Assembly (NCBI GenBank): GCA_002400905.2
Contig: NVRQ02000100.1
Coordinates: 1-51,572, forward strand
Reading direction: 5' to 3'
DNA length: 51,572 nucleotides
Source: Gammaproteobacteria bacterium
GTDB lineage: Bacteria > Pseudomonadota > Gammaproteobacteria > GCA-2400775
Part shown: positions 1 to 8,278 of the stretch, in pieces
Layout: every line of letters starts with the position of its first letter
How positions within the stretch are numbered: position 1 is the first letter of the stretch
Position numbers and translations under genes: made by a program
Notes under the pieces: generated by a model
Told to the model about the DNA's origin: nothing
The model's input: only the letters and a program-made list of their open reading frames with translations
Databases searched by the model: none

Positions 1-282
1 CTGTTCGAAGGAACGCAGACTAAAACCGGATTTTTTCACCGCCTTCTCTATCTGGGATTTTTCAAGAACCTTACCGTCTTCCATTCTAACTACAATATGT
101 CCTCGTTTAATATCGGTTTCCATTGATTCCACGCCATCGATTTTTTGCAATTGTTTCTCTACCCCGTAGACACAAAACGGGCAAGACATGCCGTTCATCC
201 CGATGTTATAGGTTCGCCCTTCTGCCCATGCGGCAGGCGCCATCATCAACAATAAAAAAAGTAGTGAGTCAATGCGCAACAT
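1..282 (-). CDS. Periplasmic heavy-metal-associated (HMA) domain protein; 3' end cut by window edge
   Basis: My own minus-strand translation from the ATG at 280-282 gives MLRIDSLLFLLLMMAPAAWAEGRTYNIGMNGMSCPFCVYGVEKQLQKIDGVESMETDIKRGHIVVRMEDGKVLEKSQIEKAVKKSGFSLRSFEQ... It has a signal-peptide-like N-terminus and a GMxCxxC metal-binding motif. GGAG lies about 8 nt upstream of the ATG. The frame stays open to base 1, so it is absent from the ORF track (no stop in window). Confidence 0.8.
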   Translation of the reverse strand, partial: MLRIDSLLFLLLMMAPAAWAEGRTYNIGMNGMSCPFCVYGVEKQLQKIDGVESMETDIKRGHIVVRMEDGKVLEKSQIEKAVKKSGFSLRSFEQ

Positions 283-383
283 ATTTCATCTCCGTAAAAG
301 TCAATTTCAGGCGTCGGGCCAGCGAGTCCTAGATATTTCAAGGGTGCTTCTCAATAACAAAATTTCATGGTCATTAATTCATT

Positions 384-577
384 ACTGTCCCGTTAACTTT
401 TTCCCGTCATTCCGGCGCAGGCCGGAATCCAGAATGTCGTTGAAACCACTGGATTCCGGCCTACGCAGGGATGACAGAGGAGTATTATTGATTTTCATGT
501 CTCTAGTACCTCAAAACAATCTAATCGCTAAGCATTTCGCCCGTTGAACAGCAATATATTTCAAGTTAACGGGACAG
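384..577. mobile_element. MITE-like non-autonomous element (~194 bp) with 15-bp terminal inverted repeats and an internal 27-bp imperfect palindrome
   Basis: Terminal inverted repeat: ctgtcccgttaactt (384-398) versus aagttaacgggacag (563-577), perfect. Internal pair: gtcattccggcgcaggccggaatccag (405-431) versus ctggattccggcctacgcagggatgac (449-475). The internal part resembles the widespread proteobacterial repeat family that mistranslates as ...SFRRRPES.../...LDSGLRRDD... There is no coding capacity. Confidence 0.7.
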
Positions 578-599
578 CACTGATATAAACTAATAAAAG

Positions 600-1124
600 C
601 TAGCCTTCCATAAACAACTGCTCAATAGTTCTCATCGGCAGGAACATACGCATATGGCTGTTATGTATATCCAGTGGCTGAAACCCGTACTGCTTGTAAA
701 AACCCTGCACGGTTTCATCCAAAGCATCAACGACAACGGCATAAGATGGCAGGTGAAGATTGATTTCATAAGCATGGCGCAATGCGCGAATGAGGCAGAT
801 TTTACCAAGCCCCTGCCCTTGCGCGCCTTTATGCACGGCAAGCTGGGCCACCAACATGACCGGAATCGGATAATGCGGCAATTTCTTTGCCAGCGATGCC
901 GGTAAGGTTTCGCGTTCTATTTCGGTATGGGACAAGGTATAGAAAGCGCAAATCTGGGCATGATCATCACGCGCCGGGAGCACCATAGTCTTGCTAATAC
1001 CAGCGGCGCGATGGCGCATAGCAAACTGTGAGAGGAAAGTATTGAGCTGCTGTATACCGCAATCGAAGGATTTGCGGTCATGAGCTGATTTGTCTAACTC
1101 AATAAAGGCTTGCCCCGGCTTCAC
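600..1124 (-). CDS. GNAT-family N-acetyltransferase toxin of a type II TA pair (TacT/KacT-like)
   Basis: 174 aa. The N-terminal KSFDCG..LN.FL motif, YTLS, KKLPHYPIPV and the acetyl-CoA loop QGQGLG are typical of DUF1778-associated GNAT toxins. Its start overlaps the upstream antitoxin ORF stop by 4 bp. Confidence 0.85.
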   Translation of the reverse strand: MKPGQAFIELDKSAHDRKSFDCGIQQLNTFLSQFAMRHRAAGISKTMVLPARDDHAQICAFYTLSHTEIERETLPASLAKKLPHYPIPVMLVAQLAVHKGAQGQGLGKICLIRALRHAYEINLHLPSYAVVVDALDETVQGFYKQYGFQPLDIHNSHMRMFLPMRTIEQLFMEG

Positions 1125-1390
1125 TGCATATTCTGTTTTTGAGAAAAATCCCGTGCATCGCGCAGTTTTTCATTTGGCGCATCGGCTGCATTACACGCAT
1201 CAATAAAGCGATCAAAAACATCGTCTTTGACCGTAATGGCTTCATGTTCCGCAATCACCTTACGCGCATCTTGTTCGATCAAGCGCGTAACATATTCCGT
1301 TAAGCTGTTGATGCCTTTAAGCGCCGCCGCTTTTTCAGCATCAGCTTTGATCTTTTCATCGATTCTCATATCGAGCCGTGATGTAGCCAT
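1121..1390 (-). CDS. DUF1778 (RHH-type) antitoxin, TacA/KacA-like
   Basis: 89 aa, beginning MATSRLDMRIDEKIKADAEKAAALKGINSLTEYVTRLIEQDA, which is the characteristic DUF1778 N-terminus. It is translationally coupled to the GNAT toxin. Confidence 0.85.
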   Translation of the reverse strand: MATSRLDMRIDEKIKADAEKAAALKGINSLTEYVTRLIEQDARKVIAEHEAITVKDDVFDRFIDACNAADAPNEKLRDARDFSQKQNMQ

Positions 1391-1448
1391 AATAATGCGC
1401 CTTGATTTAGATTTTTAACCTTTTACCATCATAGCCGCGTTATTGACC

Positions 1449-1477
1449 ATTGTACAGCACTTTTCCGTACGCTATAA
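1449..1477 (-). promoter_or_regulatory. Candidate sigma70 promoter/operator of the TA operon
   Basis: On the minus strand: TTATAG (1477-1472), a 17-nt spacer, then TACAAT (1454-1449), about 59 nt upstream of the antitoxin ATG. The spacer contains GTAC..GTAC symmetry that could be the autoregulatory operator. Confidence 0.4.
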
Positions 1478-2140
1478 ATGAATGGGGTTTATCAGAAACG
1501 ATAAAATATTTGCTACGAGAAAATATTTTTGCTCTAAGTAAATGTTTATGTATAACTCAAACTTGGCTGGATGTAACCATCCGGTATGTTCTTTACAAGA
1601 TGATATTTCTTAAAACTGATACTCAGAACCGGATTGAATTCACAAAATTCAACCGATGTTTACCAAAGCATCATTCCGGAGCCGCATGTCTGTATCTGTT
1701 CCACTCAATACGTAGCTACAAGTCATTAGTAGTCGTAATGGAACTGGTCAACGTCGCCCTTCGGTAACAACAGGGTTCGTGGTATTCGTGTCTTTCAATT
1801 CGGTCCAGTTGTATTGGGAACTGGTGCAATAGTGCACCGTTTGCAACCCGATAGAGGTATGTTGACGATTGTGTTGCTATCTCGTGATAGATTTTGCACC
1901 CCAAGGGCACGTAGCACTTCCCTGTGCAAAACCGACTCGTTTACGCGACAACTGATTCCTTTTGCACCGACCGCCCTGCGTTCGTGCCGCTACGCCACAA
2001 CATCGCACGCTCGTCGCTGGCTACGCAGCACGACCTCAATGGCTCTACGGCAACGATAGCTGTTTATTTTCTTCTCCATCACTCGCTATCGCTCACAATT
2101 ACGAAAAAATAAATCAGCGTTGCCTATCGGCGACTAACCG

Positions 2141-2172
2141 CCTTCGCTTCGCTCTCCTTGGCGGTCAGCGAA
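2141..2172. repeat. Left copy of a 32-bp inverted repeat pair (partner at 6799-6830)
   Basis: ccttcgcttcgctctccttggcggtcagcgaa matches the reverse complement of 6799-6830 with 2 mismatches in 32. It also contains an internal TTCGCT/AGCGAA stem. Confidence 0.8.
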
Positions 2173-2301
2173 TGAATCCGTATAGGTAAACCCTCATAAC
2201 TCAATATATTGCTAGATAAATGGTTATTTTTATCTACACTATTGTTTTTCTAAGAACATAGCAGCCCTTCATGAAGGAACCGTAATATTACCTTCTAATC
2301 C

Positions 2302-4311
2302 TTAAGCACACCTCGGGAACGCTACCACTAGTTTACGGAGTTTTTCAATATCGCCTACCTCATCTCGGTAAGCCACACTCTCAAACAAGACACTTAAAGC
2401 TAACGCAGATTTAGCTAGCTCAGGTTTTTCCGCTGCTATACGTTTGGAAAAACATGCTATCGTTTCTTCAGACCTTCTCTTAATGCCTAAGCCCTCTGCC
2501 TTTTTTAGAAAACGCTTAACCAAACGTACTTCAATGGTTAATGGTCGCTTGCGGTTATCTAGATAAAAATAGAAAAATAAACTCAAGCCAACAAGTAATC
2601 CTGCAACCACTATCACTACGGCGATGCGCCATGGCTCAGTACCACCAAATAATTTTTCGAGTACGCTTTTTTGTGTGCTACCGTTATAACTTAACACCCA
2701 GCGATTCCATACATACCCCGCAGCATCAATACGCTGGCGCAGAGACCTTAACCAAGGCAGCTCATTAAACGCCCCATTACCAACCAGCTGTAAATCTGTT
2801 TCGCTAAGCGCCTGCGAAATCCCTTCATTGACTCTTTCTGGCGCCACCGCTGCGGTAGGGTCGATACGTAACCAACCTACGTCTTTTAGCCATACCTCTG
2901 TCCAAGCATGCGCATCAGACTGCTCAATAATAAAATAATTTTGCACTGGATTTTTTTTGCCGCCTTGATATCCGGCAACGACACGCGACGGAATGCCCGC
3001 GGCGCGCATCATGAATACAAAGCTGCTAGCAAAGTGCTCACAAAATCCTTGTTGAGTGGTGAACAAAAAATCATCAATACTATGACGACCTAACAGCGGC
3101 GGCTCCAATGTGTAGTAAAAACTTTGCTTATACTGACTCAAGGCTTGTTGAATAATTTGTTGAGCAGTTAAACCTTGCGCCAACCATTTGGCAACGCGTT
3201 GTCTCGTTTTTGGATTCAGCGTATCAGGTATCAATAGATTTTCTGTTAAGGCCCTTTCATTAAGACTGTTTTTTGGTCCATGACTCTCCCCCACCACAGA
3301 CTTGACGGTATATTGAACTTGTTTAAAAATAGGTTTTTTGCTCGTAATAAACACTCTTTCATCGAGATTCGTCTCACCACCTAGAAAATTGACGTGGACA
3401 GGCTCAGCAAGCGAAAACAACCAATGCTGGTCGTGCGGTTCCAGAGTAACGGTGTAGCGATAATTATTTTTTGATAACGCATCACTAGAGGCTACATCAG
3501 ATGACAGCGGCCTCAATAAAGGTTGTGAATTAGGTCCGCGCGGATAGACACGCCAACTACGACCATCAAAGTAATCTAAGACCAGACCACGCCAATACAT
3601 GGCATTGGCTGCTGGCACATCTCCATCAAATTCAACCCGAAATGCTGTACCTGACGACTTAACTAACTTTCCTACGTCGCCGGGTGACATCGTGTCGCTA
3701 AAACCCGTTTTAGCAGAACTACCCAGAGCGGGTAATGACCATAAGGGCTCTATTCTCGGCATAACGATAAAAAATAAAATCATAAGTGGCGTTGCGTGCA
3801 ACAAAATGACGAAACCACCTTTTAGCTTAGTGACAATCTTTTCTGGTCTGTCGAGATAGAGTACCTTCCACGCCGTGACCAGCACGATGCATGAAATAAA
3901 TCCATACAAAGCCGCGACCATTGTTTGCGAAAATAGAAACTGCGTTCCAACCGCAAAGAATCCTAGAAAGACTAATAGCAAACCATCTCTTTTGGTTCTA
4001 AATTCGACTAGTTTCAATACATAGGCGCAAAAGAACATCCCTATCAAGGTATTAATGTCGATGCGAAAAGAAAAAGATAGCAACAACCCTGTCACCACCA
4101 CGCCAGCAACCATTGCCTTGATCAAGGTTGATGGAAACGACAATTGTCCGCGATAAATTTGTACCCGCCATAAAATGGCGATTAACCATACTGCCCATAA
4201 CCACTCGGGCAATTGTAACAATATGGGGAATACTGCCAATCCTTGCGCGAGCAATATCCATATCAAGTTTTCATGACGTATCCATTTTTTATCATGAAGA
4301 GAATATTGCAT
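2302..4311 (-). CDS. Transglutaminase-like membrane protein (DUF3488 N-terminal TM region + TGase core)
   Basis: 669 aa with a multi-TM N-terminus. The Cys-His-Asp core is recognisable: GFCEHFASSFVFMMRAAGIPSRVVAGYQGG ... DAHAWTEVW ... WLRIDPT. It is the last gene of a MoxR-DUF58-TGase operon. Confidence 0.85.
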   Translation of the reverse strand: MQYSLHDKKWIRHENLIWILLAQGLAVFPILLQLPEWLWAVWLIAILWRVQIYRGQLSFPSTLIKAMVAGVVVTGLLLSFSFRIDINTLIGMFFCAYVLKLVEFRTKRDGLLLVFLGFFAVGTQFLFSQTMVAALYGFISCIVLVTAWKVLYLDRPEKIVTKLKGGFVILLHATPLMILFFIVMPRIEPLWSLPALGSSAKTGFSDTMSPGDVGKLVKSSGTAFRVEFDGDVPAANAMYWRGLVLDYFDGRSWRVYPRGPNSQPLLRPLSSDVASSDALSKNNYRYTVTLEPHDQHWLFSLAEPVHVNFLGGETNLDERVFITSKKPIFKQVQYTVKSVVGESHGPKNSLNERALTENLLIPDTLNPKTRQRVAKWLAQGLTAQQIIQQALSQYKQSFYYTLEPPLLGRHSIDDFLFTTQQGFCEHFASSFVFMMRAAGIPSRVVAGYQGGKKNPVQNYFIIEQSDAHAWTEVWLKDVGWLRIDPTAAVAPERVNEGISQALSETDLQLVGNGAFNELPWLRSLRQRIDAAGYVWNRWVLSYNGSTQKSVLEKLFGGTEPWRIAVVIVVAGLLVGLSLFFYFYLDNRKRPLTIEVRLVKRFLKKAEGLGIKRRSEETIACFSKRIAAEKPELAKSALALSVLFESVAYRDEVGDIEKLRKLVVAFPRCA

Positions 4312-4316
4312 AGGGG

Positions 4317-5318
4317 TTAATTTATCGCCTTTGGCAACAACGCCAATAAACGTAAAACTTTTTCGCGATGCGTGTCACCGCTATCGAGCGCAATATGATG
4401 GCCAGGGATATCGACACTAAACGCTAAGTTTTGCTGAGAGTAACTCAAGGTTAAATAACATAAGGCGCTTATTCTTTCCTCCATTGATAAGTGACGAAAT
4501 GATTCCCAACTTAGTGTTCGCTCACTACTGATGCCTTGTTGATATTCTTTGCTATACAAGCCTTTCTCTCTAGCAAAGTGCTTCCACGCTATATGCTTTA
4601 GCGAATCACCAGCTTGATAAATGCGTAACCCGGAAAAATCATCTCCGCGGACTCGGTTTTCAAGTCGCTCACCTTCTTCGTCATCACCGATTTGCGAAAC
4701 TGGCTCTTCAACATTTTTTGGTTTTGGGTAGACAAGCGCCTGCACGTCAAAATTTAACCAACTCCAGCAACGCATCAACCCTAGCGGAAATACAGTCTCG
4801 ATCAATAATCGACCTGGCTTATGCATACCACGCTGAGTGACTGTTATACCCACCAGGTTTAACGCTTGGTTATTGCTCACACTTTCAGCATCGACCCACC
4901 CACCTTTTTGCCAACGCAGCTGTAGTGCTGGATTTCCTTTTTTATTACTGCTCACTAAACGCACGGGGAAAAGGGCTTCTTCACCGGCATAGACGGGTTT
5001 AGCATTATTAGCCGTTACGGTGACGCCGGAAAGATTGGCATGTGTATGGTGCATCGCAACAATAAACAAGCTGCTGAGCAAATAACACAGTGCTAATATG
5101 AGGTTGTTTTGATAATTACTGCCTAACACCCACAGCACAACAAGCAAAACGATAAAAACCCAGCCTAGGCTTGTAGGGAGAATATAAAGATTTTTTAGAT
5201 TAAGCTTATAACTATCTGATAGCGGTATTTTACGATCAAGCCAACGAAAGAATCGCTGTTGCCACCATGCCTCTAATAATGAAAAAAACCGGCCACCACC
5301 GGCTTGGCCACTTAACAT
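4317..5318 (-). CDS. DUF58 domain protein
   Basis: 333 aa with N-terminal TM helices. It carries the DUF58-like motif LRIYQAGDSLKHIAWKHFAREKGLYSKEY. It sits in the canonical position between the MoxR ATPase and the transglutaminase. Confidence 0.8.
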   Translation of the reverse strand: MLSGQAGGGRFFSLLEAWWQQRFFRWLDRKIPLSDSYKLNLKNLYILPTSLGWVFIVLLVVLWVLGSNYQNNLILALCYLLSSLFIVAMHHTHANLSGVTVTANNAKPVYAGEEALFPVRLVSSNKKGNPALQLRWQKGGWVDAESVSNNQALNLVGITVTQRGMHKPGRLLIETVFPLGLMRCWSWLNFDVQALVYPKPKNVEEPVSQIGDDEEGERLENRVRGDDFSGLRIYQAGDSLKHIAWKHFAREKGLYSKEYQQGISSERTLSWESFRHLSMEERISALCYLTLSYSQQNLAFSVDIPGHHIALDSGDTHREKVLRLLALLPKAIN

Positions 5319-5321
5319 TGA

Positions 5322-6248
5322 TTATGCCGTTTCGCCCAATACATCAACTGTCTTGAGCAAATAATCAAACATCGCACCATGATCTGCGGAACCGTATTCG
5401 ACACTACGAATACGATGCCCCACTACAGCAGGCATCACCGCTTGAATATCATCGGGCACAACGTAATCACGCTGATGAATCAACGCCCATGCTTTTGCAC
5501 CGCGCAACCACGCTAATGCTCCACGCGGCGATAAACCGTGGGTGAATTTATCCTCTGCGCGCGTCGCATGAACAAGTCGTTGTAAATAACTCAGCAACTG
5601 ATCTGTCGCACGCACATCATTGACTGCATCTTGCAATCTCGACAATACAGGCAAGCTGACCATAGGTTTGATAGTTTTAATAATCGCTCGTGGATCAACG
5701 CCTTTATAAAGCGCCATCTCAGAAGACTCATCCGGATAACCTAAACTGATGCGCATCAAAAAACGATCTAATTGCGACTCGGGCAAGGGAAACGTACCTG
5801 ACTGCGTTGACGGGTTTTGTGTCGCAATGACAAAAAAAGGCACGGGTAATTGTCGCGTCTCACCTTCTATCGTGACTTGATTCTCTTCCATTGCCTCAAG
5901 CAACGCACTTTGTGTTTTTGGTGTGCTGCGATTTATCTCATCAGCGAGCAATACCTGGGTAAATACCGGGCCCGCATGAAATTGAAAGGCTGAGCTATTA
6001 CGATCAAAGACTGAGACACCTAAGATATCAGCAGGTAAAAGATCGCTAGTAAATTGCACCCTATCGTAATCCAGGCCTAAGGTCGCCGCCAAACAATGGG
6101 CCAATGTGGTTTTACCCATCCCGGGCAAATCTTCTATTAACAAATGGCCCCGCGCTAAAAGACAGGCAAGCGACAATTTCACTTGATGTTCTTTGCCTAA
6201 TAACACCTGCCCTACTTGATCGATAATACGCTTAACAACGAGATCCAT
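5322..6248 (-). CDS. MoxR-family AAA+ ATPase
   Basis: 308 aa. Walker A is GMGKTTLA and Walker B is VLLADEINR. Overall similarity to MoxR is recognisable (LLIEDLPGMGKT, ATQNP..GTFPLPESQLDRF). Confidence 0.9.
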   Translation of the reverse strand: MDLVVKRIIDQVGQVLLGKEHQVKLSLACLLARGHLLIEDLPGMGKTTLAHCLAATLGLDYDRVQFTSDLLPADILGVSVFDRNSSAFQFHAGPVFTQVLLADEINRSTPKTQSALLEAMEENQVTIEGETRQLPVPFFVIATQNPSTQSGTFPLPESQLDRFLMRISLGYPDESSEMALYKGVDPRAIIKTIKPMVSLPVLSRLQDAVNDVRATDQLLSYLQRLVHATRAEDKFTHGLSPRGALAWLRGAKAWALIHQRDYVVPDDIQAVMPAVVGHRIRSVEYGSADHGAMFDYLLKTVDVLGETA

Positions 6249-6392
6249 ATTCAGCCTTTGATAAACAGTAATACTGTCAATATTTAGCGGCTGCTATGCC
6301 AGTAGCTTTGATCGTAAAGGGGATTCTCTCCAGAGCCAACAATAATACTGGGATAGCGACTCTCTGGTCATAGCCAATCAATCAGCGCGATA

Positions 6393-6793
6393 CTAAAGGA
6401 GTATGGGCCAATTTTCGTCGAGATAGCTCACATTTGCAGCACAGTCACGACTCTTTTCGCCTGTATATGAGTAAAGAGTGATTCTGATACGCGCGCGCGT
6501 GACCGAGTAAACCCGCGTAATGCGAACTTTGCTGAAGTAAAGGCTGAAAATTTTTCGCCACCGCAAAGATTTACCGTTGCTCCTGAAATTAAAAATGCAC
6601 CACTGCCAGCACGTGCCATCGACTGCAGTACGGTCTGCGCAAGCACAATCTGAATAGATCCCTTGCCTTCCATGTCTCTTCGTCGTCTTCAAATCAAGTT
6701 GCGGCAAAAGGATTAATGACCCGCTGGGCTGTGTTATGCACAACAGTCTAATGGCCCGTACTCTGCGATAAGTGCCTGCATTTCATTCTGCGC
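6393..6793 (-). pseudogene. Decayed short-chain dehydrogenase/reductase (SDR) fragment, N-terminally truncated and frameshifted
   Basis: Three minus-strand frames carry successive SDR-like pieces. These are ..NEMQALIAEYGPLDCCA-stop (6734-6793), then a shifted frame, then GAFLISGATVNLCGGEKFSAFTSAKFALRGFTRS (track ORF 6428-6673). No Rossmann TGxxxGxG N-terminus is present. The fragment ends at the 6799-6830 repeat. Confidence 0.6.
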
Positions 6794-6798
6794 ACACT

Positions 6799-6830
6799 TT
6801 CGCTGGCCGCCAAGGAGAGTGAAGCGAAGG
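6799..6830. repeat. Right copy of the 32-bp inverted repeat pair (partner at 2141-2172)
   Basis: ttcgctggccgccaaggagagtgaagcgaagg is the reverse complement of the left copy, with 30/32 matches. Confidence 0.8.
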
Positions 6831-6840
6831 AATATTACTG

Positions 6841-7500
6841 CTATTTTTGTAACATACTTTGCGCGACATTAACCAATGTGTCATCGTCAAATGATAGCGG
6901 AATATCTTTACCACGCTGCACTGCCGGGCGCGATAACATCGTTTGATGCCAACGCATAAGGTTATCTAAACCATCAACATTGATGTCAGCCCATTCATAC
7001 CAACTGACCCAGCCCCAATGCGCAATATCTGCAATCGAGTAGTCATCGCAAATATATTCTCGGCCTTCGAGCTGCCGATCTAATACTTCATATAATCGTC
7101 GTGTTTCATTTTGATAACGCTCGATGACTACAGGGATTTTTTCTGGGAAGTAGCGATAAAAAACATTGGCCTGACCTTGCATGGGCCCGATACCGCCCAT
7201 CTGAAACATTAGCCATTGAATCACTTCATAGCGTGCCTTGCTTTCTTTAGGTAATAAACGGCCTGTCTTTTCTGCCAAATAAAGCAAAATTGCGCCAGAC
7301 TCAAACACAGGGAAATCGTCGTTTTCTCTATCGACAATCGCTGGGATACGGCCGTTAGGATTGATCTTCAAGTAACTCAGTTTTTTCTGGTCTCTATCTG
7401 ATAAATTTAGGTGATGAACTTCGTAAGGTAAAGACAGCTCTTCCAGGGCGATAGAGACTTTTATTCCATTTGGCGTTGCTGCAGTATATAAATCAATCAT
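6841..7500 (-). CDS. yfcG: Nu-class glutathione S-transferase / disulfide-bond oxidoreductase, YfcG-like
   Basis: 219 aa. [34 protein letters not shown]...[15 protein letters not shown] closely parallels the E. coli YfcG sequence as I remember it. Confidence 0.75.
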   Translation of the reverse strand: MIDLYTAATPNGIKVSIALEELSLPYEVHHLNLSDRDQKKLSYLKINPNGRIPAIVDRENDDFPVFESGAILLYLAEKTGRLLPKESKARYEVIQWLMFQMGGIGPMQGQANVFYRYFPEKIPVVIERYQNETRRLYEVLDRQLEGREYICDDYSIADIAHWGWVSWYEWADINVDGLDNLMRWHQTMLSRPAVQRGKDIPLSFDDDTLVNVAQSMLQK

Positions 7501-7563
7501 CTCTCTATCACCGTTAATTTAGTTAGGTTCAACTGGAAAATAACAAATAGCAAATTATTACTA

Positions 7564-8256
7564 TTACGCTGGCTTAGGTAAATCGTGGTCTAAATGATCA
7601 GTCTTAATATAAACCATACAACCTTCTGCGCTGGCAGGGGTATGACTGCCACCTATTGGCATGCGCACCCAAGTCCTTTTTTCATAACGCCCATGCTCAT
7701 CTGAGAAACTCCCTGATAGCACAAAAAATTCTGCACCCCCTGCATAAATTCTCTGCTCATTTGCTGCAAAACCGGCTAACCATTTAACCACGCTGACTTT
7801 CTCATACTTTGTTTCATGCAACGATAATAGCGACTCGTCTTCTTGACCTGCTTGCCAGCCCTCTTCTAGGTTCATATCTATACGAACATAGTCTTGATCA
7901 TCTGGTGCCATTTGCCATAGTTTCACAAATATCTGGCAACCCGGTTCGCTTCCAGGTTTATGGCGAGACCCAACCGGATTTCTGACATAGGTTCCGGTTT
8001 TAAAGTCACCCATCTCATCCGAAAACATGCCTTCTAGAACAATAAACTCTTCACCACCCGTGTGCACATGTGGTGAAAAAGAACTGCCTGGCGCATACCG
8101 CACAATTGAAGTAACACGAGCGACCTCTTCGCCGTCACGCTCCAACATTTTTCGGTCTACGCCAGCCAACGGCGATGCGACCCAATCAATGAGGCTGCTG
8201 TTCACTTCAGCACGCACTGCAAGATCATCGTTAATTTTCATATCGAGAACTTTCAC
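7564..8256 (-). CDS. Bicupin protein (ChrR-type cupin domains)
   Basis: 230 aa with two repeated cupin-like halves: ..HVHTGGEEFIVLEGMFSDEMGDF..GTYVRNPVGSRH.. and ..GGAEFFVLSGSFSDEHGRY..RTWVRMPIGGSH.. Confidence 0.7.
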   Translation of the reverse strand: MKVLDMKINDDLAVRAEVNSSLIDWVASPLAGVDRKMLERDGEEVARVTSIVRYAPGSSFSPHVHTGGEEFIVLEGMFSDEMGDFKTGTYVRNPVGSRHKPGSEPGCQIFVKLWQMAPDDQDYVRIDMNLEEGWQAGQEDESLLSLHETKYEKVSVVKWLAGFAANEQRIYAGGAEFFVLSGSFSDEHGRYEKRTWVRMPIGGSHTPASAEGCMVYIKTDHLDHDLPKPA

Positions 8257-8278
8257 CTAATCGATTGGGTTAATCTAC

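Noticed and set aside
272-547. 91-aa + strand ORF (..SFRRRPESRMSLKPLDSGLRRDDRG..)
   Set aside because: It is a read-through translation of the MITE-like palindromic element. It has no RBS, and this is a typical mis-annotation of this repeat family.
1700-2140. Idea that the missing N-terminal part of the SDR pseudogene lies beside the left inverted repeat (simple inversion model)
   Set aside because: I inspected the + strand ORF translations covering ~1814-2189, next to the left repeat, and found no Rossmann TGxxxGxG or other SDR-like segment. A clean inversion between the two repeats is therefore not supported.
1450-2189. Several 60-105-aa ORFs (1450-1767, 1716-1910, 1814-2059, 1924-2112, 1962-2189)
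   Set aside because: They are mutually overlapping in different frames, Cys/Arg-rich, and have no RBS or recognisable motifs. I treat the region as non-coding and structured instead.
6393-6743. Track ORFs 6393-6743 and 6428-6673 as intact genes
   Set aside because: Together they are out-of-frame pieces of one SDR-like sequence. I report them as a pseudogene rather than as two CDSs.
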